Shown: positions 53,867 through 64,000, numbered from the stretch's first letter. The stretch: DNA of 64,000 nt from Candidatus Eiseniibacteriota bacterium (GCA_963725865.1 CAVSAC010000012.1:640001-704000); one strand, 5' to 3'. The notes: a model not told the origin generated them from the letters alone. A program made the numbers and translations.

Positions 53867-56800
53867 GTGAACATCCTCGGTACGCGTTTCGGGACGAAGC
53901 TTGCGCTCGTCGCGTGCATGGTAGCCGTGCCGCTTGGAGGTTTCGTTGCGTCGGCATCGGCGGCAGTGCTGCTCAATGAGGGATTCAACTACAGGCCTGG
54001 TACAGCACTGACCGCCACGACAACTGGACTGCGCACAGTGCCGCAGGCACGAATGCGATCGTGACAACATCGCCAGGTCTCTCGTACGCCGGCTATTCCT
54101 CTCCGAACATCGGAAATGCGGTCACGCTGACCACCAGCGGCGAGGACGACAACCGTGCGTTCACGGCGCAGACCGCGGGGAGTGTCTATTGCTCATTCCT
54201 GGTGAACGTAGCTGCGGCCAAGACGGCGGGCGACTACTTCCTGCACTTTGGCTCCAGCAGCTTCCATGGCCGAGTGTGGTGCAAGCGGGACGCGTCCAAT
54301 AATCTGGCTTTTGGCCTATCCAAGTTCTCCACCACAGCCTCCTACACCGGTTTCACTTACGCGCTGAATACGACTTACCTAGTCGTCGTCAAGTACACGT
54401 TCAACACCGGCAGTACGACTGACGACGTTGTCAGCCTCTTCATCAATCCGGTGGTGGGGGGCGCTGAGCCCTCCCCAACCGTGACCTTGACTGAAACGGC
54501 GAGCACTGATGCTACGAGCCTTGCAGCAATCGCTCTCCGGCAGGGGACTGCCACCGACGCCCCTAATGCCGTCCTCGACGGAATCCGTGTAGGCACGACC
54601 TGGTCCGACGTCGTCGCGAGCGGCGGCTCACTGGCAGGCTGGTGGCCCATGAACCAGGGGGGCACCGGTCTCTTTGTCCCGGACTCCACGGCCAACAACA
54701 ACGCGAACCTCAATGGCAGTACAGGGACTTGGGTGCCGGGCGTCGACGGTAACGCCGTGTCCATCAGCGGTGGTCAGTACGCGGTCACGGGCGCCAATCC
54801 CGCCTCGCTCAATGCCACGAGAGAAGTGACTGTCGCCGCGTGGATCAAGGTCCCTGCGGCTGGGACGATGCCGGTGATTGCGAAGGAGGTCTACGGCTCG
54901 GGGACTCCCATCACCACTCCGGGCTACGCGTTGGACCTGGGATCGGGTGGTCAGCCCTTCTTCAGGCTCGACAACAACACACCCGCACCCACAGCAGGCG
55001 CTGGCAGGCTCAACGGCGCCAAGTCGTATCCGACCGACGGCCGCTGGATCCACGTGGCTGCGACGTATGACGGCTCCACCATGAAGCTCTACGCCAACGG
55101 CGTGCTGGATGTCACGTGGAACAGATCCATCCCCCTCCCGACCAACACCGTAGCGCTAGCCATAGGCGCCCAAAGCACCGGGGAGACTGGCCGCTTCTTT
55201 TCGGGCTCGATTGACGACGCCCGGGTCTACACGTACGCGCTCAGCGCGAGCGAGATCGCGGCGCTTGTGGTGCACCCGCTGAACGTGACGATCGTTGGCA
55301 CGGGCACGGTGAGTAAGAGCCCGGACCAGGCGGCGTACGATCACGCAACAGTCGTGACGCTGACCGCGACGCCGACAGGTGGCGCGACATTCGTCGGCTG
55401 GAGTGGGGACACCAGCACCACGAACAATCCGATCACGGTCGCGATGAATCGGACGAGGAACATCACCGCGACCTTCGCCGTGGGCTCGCACACGATCACG
55501 GTGAATGCCGGGGCGAATGGGACGATTACGCCGCCCGGGCCGATTGTGACTGTAAGCGACGGCGCAAACCAGACCTTCGCGATCGCCGCGAACCCTGGCT
55601 ACCACACAGACGACGTGCTCGTGGATGGTGGCACCGTCGGTGCAGTGACCAGCTACACTTTCACGAACGTCACGACCGACCACACAATCGCGGCGACATT
55701 CGCGGCCGATCCGCCGAGTTGGTGGCCCGTTGGCGCATGGAAGGCGACCTCGCGGATGCCACGGGCAACGGCTTTGGCGCCACGCCCGCTGGCAGCCCGA
55801 GCCCGGGGTACGGCACTGGCATCGAGGGTGCGCAGGCGCTCTCGCTGGATGGAACGAGCCAGTATGCATTCGTGCCCCACAGCGACGCGCTCAACATGAG
55901 CAACGCGATCACGCTCGCCGCGTGGGTCAAGCCCGCGCAGGGGGCGACCCAAGACGTGATCGAGAAGGGCCTCAGCTCGGGGACTAGCGGGTACGAGCTC
56001 AACCTCGCGCAGCCTCCAGCCGCCAGCACCGGGACAGCGTTCGTTCGGTTCAACGGCACCGTTGGTCCCAGGCTCAATGCCAGCTCGCTGTACCCGACTG
56101 ATGGCAACACCTGGATGCACGTGGCCGCCACGTACGACGGAGCCACGGTCAAGATGTACGTGAATGGCGTACTGGAGACCCAGGCAACCAGCGCCTTCAC
56201 CATCGCCGGCAATACGCTGCCCCTGGGCATCGGAGCCGAATACACGGGCAGCTCGGCTTCGAGATACCTGAAGGGTGGGGTCGACGACGCCCGCGTCTAC
56301 AACTACGCGCTGACGGCCGGCGACGTTGCCGCCCTGGCCAGCCACACGCTGACCGTGACGACGGTCGGGAGCGGCACGGTCGGCAAGTCGCCCGCGGACC
56401 AGCCGACCTACACCCACAACACGATCGTGACCCTGACGGCGAACCCGGGCCCCGGCTACCTCTTCGTGGGTTGGACCGGCGACACCACGGGCTCAGGCGG
56501 TTCCCTCACGCTGCCCATCAACAGGGACCGGAGCATCACCGCGACCTTTGCTCCCGACAACTTCACACTGACCACTGACGCGGCTCCGCCCGAGGGCGGC
56601 TTGGTGACGCGGGACCCGGACCTGCCGAGCTACCCCTCGGGCACCGTGGTGTCCCTGACGGCGGCGCCGAGCGCGGGCTTCCGGTTCGACCACTGGAGTG
56701 GTGGGACGACGGGCACGGAGAATCCGGTCTTGGTGACGATGGACGCGAGCAAGTCGGTCACCGCCCACTTCGTGCGGGTTTACACCCTGACAACCGCAGT

Positions 56801-59800
56801 GGATCCCGTAGGGGGCGGCTCGGTGGGACGGAGCTCGCCGGGGCCCAGCTACGACGTGGGGACCGTGGTATCGCTGACGGCGACGGCGACCGGAGGCTGG
56901 CATTTCGTGGAGTGGAGTGGAGGCGCCTCCGGAGCCGTCAATCCGCTGGAAGTGACGATGGACGCGGACAAGTCCATCACTGCGAAGTTCGCTGTGAGTC
57001 AGTACAAGATCACGGCTAGCGCCGGGACGGGCGGCACCATCAGTCCGGTCGGCGATGTCATGGTGAACCCGGGCGCGGATCAGGCCTTCACCATCACGGC
57101 GAATGATGGCTACGCGCTCTCGCAGGTACTAGTGGACGGTGCTCCGCAGGGGCCGGTGGCCACCTATACCTTCACGAACGTCACGGCCGACCACACCATC
57201 GCGGCCAGTTTCGTGTCCGCCGGCACCATCAACGTCGGCGCGCCCTCGGGGCCGATCTTGGCCTCGACCGACCACGTCACGGTGCCGTTCACCATCGCGC
57301 GCAGTAGCTCGGACCCGCCGCTGATGGCATTCAGCGTGCAATTCAAGGTCTCCGAGCCGTTGGTGCTGCCTGAGGGCAAGCTCAGCATCCACCGGGGCAC
57401 CTTCTTGCCCGACGGCTACAGCTTCCAGCTCATCGACAATGGCGTGGTCGGCGGCTACCACCTCTACCAGGTCGACGCCTCGACGCTGGGTGAGCCCTGC
57501 GGCACGGACGCCTTGAGCGGCACGCTCTTCACCGTCGATCTGAACGCCACGCACAGCGGAACGGGGACCGTCTCGATCGAAAGCGTGAGACTGCGCAACT
57601 GCCAGAACGGGGACATCACCCCGAGCATCGGGACGTCTGCGAGCGTGCTGGCGGACCTGACCGTGACGTTGACGGTCACCAAGGACGGCAGTGGCACCGT
57701 GACGCAGGACCCGGAACCGGTGCTCGGCAAGTACGAGAAGGGCACGGTGGTGACGCTGACGGCGACGCCGGCGGCGGGCTGGACGTTTGGAGCGTTCAGC
57801 GGGGCCGTGACGGGTGGCAGCCCGGCGACCGTGACGATGGACGGCGACAAGAGTGTGACCGCGACGTTCACGCAGAACAGCTACACGCTGACGGTGGTGA
57901 AGGTCGGCAACGGGACGGTGGTGAAGGACCCGGAGCAGGCGAGCTACCACTACGGTGACGTGGTGACGCTGACCGCGACCGCGGACGCCGGCTGGACGTT
58001 CGCGGGGTTCACTGGCGACGCGAGCGGTGGCAGTCCGCTGGCGGTGACGATCGACGGCAACAAGAGCGTGACGGCGACGTTCACCCAGAACAGCTACACG
58101 CTGACGGTGGTGAAGGTCGGCAACGGGACGGTGGTGAAGGACCCGGAGCAGGCGAGCTACCACTACGGTGACGTGGTGACGCTGACGGCGACCGCGGACG
58201 CCGGCTGGACGTTCGCCGGGTTCACTGGCGACGCGAGCGGTGGCAGTCCGCTGGCGGTGACGATCGACGGCAACAAGAGCGTGACGGCGACGTTCACGCA
58301 GAACAGCTACACGCTGACGGTGGTGAAGGTCGGCAACGGGACGGTGGTGAAGGACCCGGAGCAGGCGAGCTACCACTACGGTGACGTGGTGACGCTGACC
58401 GCGACCGCGGACGCCGGCTGGACGTTCGCGGGGTTCACTGGCGACGCGAGCGGCGGCAGTCCGCTGGCGGTGACGATCGACGGCAACAAGAGCGTGACGG
58501 CGACGTTCACGCAGAACAGCTACACGCTGACGGTGGTGAAGGTCGGCAACGGGACGGTGGTGAAGGACCCGGAGCAGGCGAGCTACCACTACGGTGACGT
58601 GGTGACGCTGACCGCGACCGCGGACGCCGGCTGGACGTTCGCCGGGTTCACTGGCGACGCGAGCGGCGGCAGTCCGCTGGCGGTGACGATCGACGGCAAC
58701 AAGAGCGTGACGGCGACGTTCACGCAGAACAGCTACACGCTGACGGTGGTGAAGGTCGGCAACGGGACGGTGGTGAAGGACCCGGAGCAGGCGAGCTACC
58801 ACTACGGTGACGTGGTGACGCTGACGGCGACCGCGGATGCCGGCTGGACGTTCGCCGGGTTCACTGGCGACGCGAGCGGTGGCAGTCCGCTGGCGGTGAC
58901 GATCGACGGCAACAAGAGCGTGACGGCGACGTTCACGCAGAACAGCTACACGCTGACGGTGGTGAAGGTCGGCAACGGGACGGTGGCCAAGGACGCCGGA
59001 GCCAGGCGAGCTACCACTACGGTGACGTGGTGACGCTGACGGCGACCGCGGATGCCGGCTGGACGTTCGCCGGGTTCACTGGCGATGCGAGCGGCGGCAG
59101 TCCGCTGGCGGTGACGATCGACGGCAACAAGAGCGTGACGGCGACGTTCACGCAGAACAGCTACACGCTGACGGTGGTGAAGGTCGGCAACGGGACGGTG
59201 GTGAAGGACCCGGAGCAGGCGAGCTACCACTACGGTGACGTGGTGACGCTGACGGCGACCGCGGATGCCGGCTGGACGTTCGCGGGGTTCACTGGCGATG
59301 CGAGCGGTGGCAGTCCGCTGGCGGTGACGATCGACGGCAACAAGAGTGTGACGGCGACGTTCACGCAGGACTCCTACAGCCTGACCGTGGCCACGGTCGG
59401 GAATGGCACGGTGAATCTGGTGCCGCCGGGCGGCAGCTACACGTACGGGACGGTGGTGTCGGTGAGCGCGGTTCCGGCGACCGGCTGGCACTTCGACAGC
59501 TGGAGCGGACACCTCACCGGCAGTACGAATCCGACCTCGCTGACCATGGATGGGAACAAGAGCATCACGGCGACGTTCGTGGTCAACCCCGACGTCCTGC
59601 CCACGACACTCACGGTCAACCAGCTCAGGACCGGGAACGGGCCGGGCAATACTTGCAAGGTCTCGATCAGCTGGCCGGCACTGCCAGGCGGCTCGACGCT
59701 CGAGCTGTGGCGCGCCAGCTACGGGCACTATCCGGAATTCGACGACGGCGGTGGTTCGCCGGTGACGACGTATCCGCCGGAGGCGCGGTGGACGTCGATC

Positions 59801-60883
59801 GCCACGCACCTGACCGGCACGACTTACCTCGATGCGCCGTCGCTGCGTGACTACTACTACTACGTGGCCTATGTCACGGATACCTACGGGACGCGCTCGC
59901 CGGTATCGAACCAGCCTGCCGCGCTCGACTACTTCCTGGGTGACGTGACCAACGGCGTGACGCCCGGAGTGGGAGACAATGTCGTGAACGGGCTGGACGT
60001 CTCGGTTCTGGGCGCTCACTACGGGGTCGCGCTGGTGCCGGCGAGCGACCCGCTGGGCTACATCGACGTCGGGCCGACAGCGACGCACCTGCCGACCGGC
60101 CTGCCGCTCACGGACAACGCGCTCGACTTCGAGGACCTGGTGATCATCGCAATCAACTACGGCGGAGTCTCGGCGCCGCAGCTGCGCGCGGGGCCAGCGG
60201 CGGTGGCGGTGGCGAGCAGCGATGGAATCGTGCTCGAGCGGCCGGAGGCCGTGGCGCTGGGGGACCTCGTGACCGCGACGCTGACGCTGCGCGGCAGCGG
60301 GACGCTGCGGGCGCTGTCCACCAAGCTGGCATGGGACCCGGCGGTGGTCGAGCCGGTGGGACACGCCGCGGGTGAGTGGCTGACCGCGCACGACGGCGTG
60401 GCGTTCTCGGCCCGGCTCGGGACGGTGGATGCGGCGGTGCTGGGGGCGGCGGGGATGAGCGGGGAAGGGGTGCTGGCGACGGTGAGCTTCAAGGTGCTGG
60501 CGGCCGGCGATCCGAAGATCCGGATCGAGGTGCTGGACGGTCGCGACGGCGCGAACCAGAAGGTGACGCCGGTCAAGTCGGAGCGGCTGGTGGCGCGGGT
60601 GCCGACGGTGACCCAGTTGGCGCTGGCGCAGCCGAACCCCTTCCGCGGGGAGGCGGTGCTGAGCTTCAGCCTGGCGCAGCGGGGTGAGGTGGAGTTGGCG
60701 CTGTACTCGGTGGACGGACGGCGGGTGCGGACGTTGGTCAGCGGGCTGCGCGAGCCGGGCGAGTACCGGCCGCGGTGGGATGGCCGCGACGACCACGGGT
60801 CCCACGCCGCGGCGGGTGTGTACTACGTGCAGCTGGTGGCCGGCAAGCGCCACTTCACCCGCAAACTGGTGTACCTGAGGTAA
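53867..60883 (+). CDS. Giant secreted modular protein D (~2300 aa; three frame breaks at ~54018, ~55713, ~58993): lectin-like head, 2 LamG, Ig/InlB-B repeats, Cys-paired cohesin-like domain, shared cassette, FlgD-Ig
   Basis: GTG 53867 follows GGAGG and opens a signal peptide. ORF pieces 53867-54064, 54061-55899, 55719-59033 and 59027-60883 join into continuous domains across each shift. The 3' half is paralogous to protein C. Confidence 0.8.
57879..59371 (+). repeat. Tandem array, 7 x ~213 bp, same unit as 49966-51669
   Basis: Units start at 57879, 58092, 58305, 58518, 58731, 58944 (215 bp, hybrid) and 59159. Confidence 0.93.
60200..60880 (+). repeat. Direct repeat of 52510-53190 (cohesin-like + FlgD-Ig coding region)
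   Basis: About 680 bp, near-identical between the 3' ends of genes C and D. Confidence 0.92.
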
Positions 60884-60970
60884 GGAATCCGCCCGCGCGG
60901 GCGGCCACGAGCTCCGCACTCGGTCGCGGACCGGGGCCGCCCGTCGTGGGCAGTGCGGCGGGAGGAAGCG

Positions 60971-61795
60971 ATGAAACTGCGAAGGTGCACAAAGGCCGCG
61001 CTGGTGGTGGCTGTGCTGGGGGCCGGCGTGCCTGCGACTCACGCTTCCACGAACGCTGCGGGGGTTACGGTGGGGCTCACGCCGGCGACCCAACAGGTGA
61101 CTCCCGGGGCGGTGTTCGACCTCTACATCGAGGTGACGCAGGCCGGCGATCCGTTCAATGGCTTCGATGCGGTGGTCGGCTACGACCCGACGGCACTCAC
61201 GCTGGTGCCCCTGTCGCCGCTGTCGCTTCAAGAGGGCGCGTACATGACAGGTGCGTGCGGGAATACCTTCCACCGCTTCAGGCCCGGCGCGAGCACGGAC
61301 ACCATCACGGACGTGCTGCTGTGCAACGGCGTCGCACTGACGGGACCCGGGCAGATCTACCACTTGCGCTTTCAGGCTTCGACCGAGCAGCAGGTGACGA
61401 CGGTGCGTTTCCTGCCGGGCCTGGAGTTCTACAACGCCGGAATTTACGTGAGGCCCGCCTACACGACGGACGCCCGAATCGGCATCGGGATGCCGGTGAG
61501 CGTCGGCGCGTCGGGCTCGGTGCGTGTGTCGCTGGCGGTCGCGCCCAATCCCAGTCCCGGAAGCCTCGTTTTCACGATCGGCTCCGACCGCGCGGGGCCC
61601 GAGTCCCTCACCGTGTTCGACCTGCAGGGCCGCGTGGTGCGCCGGTTCGCGGGGACACGCTCCGGGCCTGGGGTCCACACGGTTACCTGGGATGGCCTCA
61701 GCGAGGCCGGCGTGAGGCTCGCGCCGGGGGTGTATCTGGCCAGGCTCGAAGTCGCGGGCCGGTCGGTGTGGAACCGGGTGACGCTGATTCGCTGA
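60971..61795 (+). CDS. Small secreted protein: single cohesin-like domain + FlgD-Ig
   Basis: ATG follows GGAGG. Signal peptide, then LTPATQQVTPGAVFDLYIEV...FNGFDAVVGYDPTALTLV...GPGQIYHLRFQA (cohesin-type pattern) and APNP...VFDLQGRVVR...WDG...GVYLARL. Confidence 0.75.
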   Translation: MKLRRCTKAALVVAVLGAGVPATHASTNAAGVTVGLTPATQQVTPGAVFDLYIEVTQAGDPFNGFDAVVGYDPTALTLVPLSPLSLQEGAYMTGACGNTFHRFRPGASTDTITDVLLCNGVALTGPGQIYHLRFQASTEQQVTTVRFLPGLEFYNAGIYVRPAYTTDARIGIGMPVSVGASGSVRVSLAVAPNPSPGSLVFTIGSDRAGPESLTVFDLQGRVVRRFAGTRSGPGVHTVTWDGLSEAGVRLAPGVYLARLEVAGRSVWNRVTLIR

Positions 61796-61823
61796 GGCTA
61801 CTCCACCACGGGAAAGGCACCGC

Positions 61824-64000
61824 ATGTACCGCACGGCCGCTCGGCTCCCTCGTTTCCTCGCCGCGTTCGTCGCGGCCTGTTGTCTGATCGCTAGCTCTCC
61901 TGCGGCGGCGCTGCCGCCGGTCCACACGCCGTTGAACCCGTTCACGGTGAGCGCGACGACGGGCGAGAAACCCCAGTCGAAGGTGTGGAGCCACGCGGGC
62001 ACGTGGTGGTGCGTGATGCCGAACGGGTCGGGCACCTGGGTGTGGCGGCTCGACGGCACCAGCTGGACCAACGTGCTGAAGCTGTCGAACGCGACCGGGG
62101 TGCATGCGGACGTGAAGGCGAGCGGGGCGGTGAGCCAGGTGCTGCTGTTCAACGCGGGCAGCTCGGAGCTGGCCTCGATCGAGTACGTGAGCGCGAGCCA
62201 CAGCTACCAGGCCTGGAGCGCGCGGCCGGCGAACGTGGCGCTGCCGCTGGACGGCAGCACGGAGACGGCGACCCTCGAGCAGGACACCCAGGGGCGGCTG
62301 TGGGTGGTCAGCGACCACGCGGCGGGGGCGGACCAGATCGTGGTCTATTACAGCGACGCGCCGTACAGCAGCTGGAGCGGGCCGGTGACGCTGGCGAGCG
62401 GGATCCACGCGGACGACATCGCGGTGGTGACGGCGCTGGCGGGGGGCCGGATCGGGGTGTTGTGGTCGAACCAGAACACGCAGCGCTTTGGCTTCCGCAC
62501 CCACCTGGACGGGACGGATCCGGCGAGCTGGACGGCGGACGAGGTGCCGGCGTCGCAGTCGGCGCTGAACGTGGGCGCGGGGATGGCGGACGATCACCTG
62601 CACGTGGCGGTGGGCAGCGACGGGACGCTGTACGCGGCGGTGAAGACCAGCTACGACACGGCGGGCTACCCGCGGATCGCGCTGCTGGTGCGGCGTCCGG
62701 GCGGGAGCTGGGACAACCTCTACCCGGTGGATGAGGCGGGCACGCGCGGGCTGGTGCTGCTGGACGAGGGGGCCGCGACGGTGACGGTGGTGTACACCTC
62801 GGTCGAGAGCAGCGGGAACATCCTCTACAAGGAGACGCCGACCGCGGCGATCGCGCTGAGCGGGCCGAGCACGGTGCTGATGCCGGGGGGGCTGAACGAT
62901 CCGAGCAGCCAGAAGCAGAACCTGGCGGGCGCGGTGGTGATCCTGGCCGGCAACGGCAGCAGCGTGAGCAGCGTGCTGCGCTCGAGCGGCGCGTACACGA
63001 TCACGGCGAGCGCGGGCAGCGGCGGCACCATCACGCCGAGCGGGGCGGTGAGCGTGAGCCCGGGCAGCAACCAGCCGTTCACGATCTCGGCGAACAGCGG
63101 CTCCACCATCCTGGACGTGCAGGTGGACGGGGTCTCGGCGGGCGCGGTGGGGAGCTACACGTTCGTCAACGTGACGGCCAACCACACCATCACGGCGAGC
63201 TTCACGGCCGACGGCGGGCCGGCGGGCCTGATCGGCTGGTGGAAGCTGGACGGCGACGTCACCGACGCCTCGGGCAATGGCTACGACGCCACCGTCGTGG
63301 GCAGCCCGGGCTACGTGACGGGCCAGGACGGCCAGGCGCTGAGCCTCAACGGCAGCAGCCAGTACGCGGCGGTGCCGCACGACGCGGCGCTCGGCATGAG
63401 CAACGCGCTGACGCTGGCGACGTGGGTCAATCCGGCCCGCGAGGCCACCCAGAACCTGATCAGCAAGTCCACCAACGGCGGCCTGGACGGCTACGAGCTC
63501 TGCCTGGCCTCTGCATCGTCCACGTCGGGACCCGACAAGGCCTTCTTCCGGCATCAACCAGAAGACCTCGCGGACACCTACCGGATCAACTCGACGACGC
63601 TCTACTCGGACCACCTCAACAGCTGGATCCACCTGGCGGCGACCTACGACGGCGCGACGATGAAGCTGTACGTCAATGGCGTGCTCGAGAGTTCGCTGCC
63701 GGCGGCGATCGCGATCGCGGGCAACACGCTGCCGGTCGGGATCGGCGCCCAGGTGGACGGGAGCGGGAGCGCGAGCCGCTGGTTGCAGGGCGGTCTGGAT
63801 GACGTCCGGATCTACAACCGGGCGCTGAGCGCGGGCGAGATCGCGGCGCTGGCCAGTCTCACCACCTACACCATCGCGGCCGCGGCCGGCGCGGGCGGCG
63901 CGATCAGTCCGAGTGGCGCGGTGGTGGTGAGCCAGGGCGCGAGCCAGAGCTTCGCCATCGCTGCCGACCCCGGCTACCACGTCAGCGACGTGGTGGTGGA
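61824..64000 (+). CDS. Giant secreted modular protein E (partial, runs off the window); paralogue of protein B
   Basis: ATG 61824 follows GAAAGG. Its own signal peptide MYRTAARLPRF...SPAAA precedes the same mature sequence as protein B. No stop was found before the window end. Confidence 0.88.
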   Translation, partial: MYRTAARLPRFLAAFVAACCLIASSPAAALPPVHTPLNPFTVSATTGEKPQSKVWSHAGTWWCVMPNGSGTWVWRLDGTSWTNVLKLSNATGVHADVKASGAVSQVLLFNAGSSELASIEYVSASHSYQAWSARPANVALPLDGSTETATLEQDTQGRLWVVSDHAAGADQIVVYYSDAPYSSWSGPVTLASGIHADDIAVVTALAGGRIGVLWSNQNTQRFGFRTHLDGTDPASWTADEVPASQSALNVGAGMADDHLHVAVGSDGTLYAAVKTSYDTAGYPRIALLVRRPGGSWDNLYPVDEAGTRGLVLLDEGAATVTVVYTSVESSGNILYKETPTAAIALSGPSTVLMPGGLNDPSSQKQNLAGAVVILAGNGSSVSSVLRSSGAYTITASAGSGGTITPSGAVSVSPGSNQPFTISANSGSTILDVQVDGVSAGAVGSYTFVNVTANHTITASFTADGGPAGLIGWWKLDGDVTDASGNGYDATVVGSPGYVTGQDGQALSLNGSSQYAAVPHDAALGMSNALTLATWVNPAREATQNLISKSTNGGLDGYELCLASASSTSGPDKAFFRHQPEDLADTYRINSTTLYSDHLNSWIHLAATYDGATMKLYVNGVLESSLPAAIAIAGNTLPVGIGAQVDGSGSASRWLQGGLDDVRIYNRALSAGEIAALASLTTYTIAAAAGAGGAISPSGAVVVSQGASQSFAIAADPGYHVSDVVV
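61897..64000 (+). repeat. Copy 2 of the inverted repeat (partner 45859-47959)
   Basis: Direct sequence comparison. Confidence 0.95.

Noticed and set aside
54010..55720. Frame breaks in gene D as phase variation or as separate genes
   Set aside because: There is no homopolymer or SSR tract at either break. Domains continue seamlessly across frames, and the downstream pieces lack signal peptides and clear RBSs.
49966..59371. CRISPR array
   Set aside because: The repeats are 213-bp in-frame coding units with no unique spacers, and there are no cas genes.
46280..63575. Diversity-generating retroelement TR/VR pair
   Set aside because: Differences between the copies are not adenine-specific, include synonymous changes and an indel, and both copies are coding. 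No reverse transcriptase is present in the window.

Overview
GC-rich window from a diderm bacterium. The FlgD-Ig C-terminal domains, a C-terminal 'TWGxxKxLY' motif and a fused ccoNO suggest an FCB-affiliated lineage such as Candidatus Eisenbacteria (inference only). The first half (1-32923) is mostly housekeeping: dinB-like and yciI-like genes, apgM, an outer-membrane barrel, tRNA-Leu(TAG)-tig-clpP-clpX-lon, a class V aminotransferase, small accessory genes, a tricorn-like S41 peptidase, serA, a complete cbb3 oxidase operon (ccoNO-Q-P-G-H-DsbD2-I-S) and purA. The second half (33209-64000) is a ~31 kb cluster of giant secreted modular proteins. Four complete proteins share one C-terminal cassette: 'YPEYD' Ig/FN3-like domain, dockerin-like paired Ca-binding motif, cohesin-like domain and FlgD-Ig. 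Each also has a Cys-paired cohesin-like domain further upstream, and their heads differ (beta-propellers, LamG, InlB-B-like repeats). The cluster also holds a stand-alone cohesin-like + FlgD-Ig gene and an O-antigen-ligase/OTase-TPR gene. Other structure includes 213-bp tandem repeats, kb-scale direct and inverted duplications, and a conserved ~500-bp leader with phased GAGC-N5-GCTC palindromes. Several small indels (ccoI, purA, three in one giant gene) look like consensus or assembly errors. Domain calls come from reading motifs, not from database searches.
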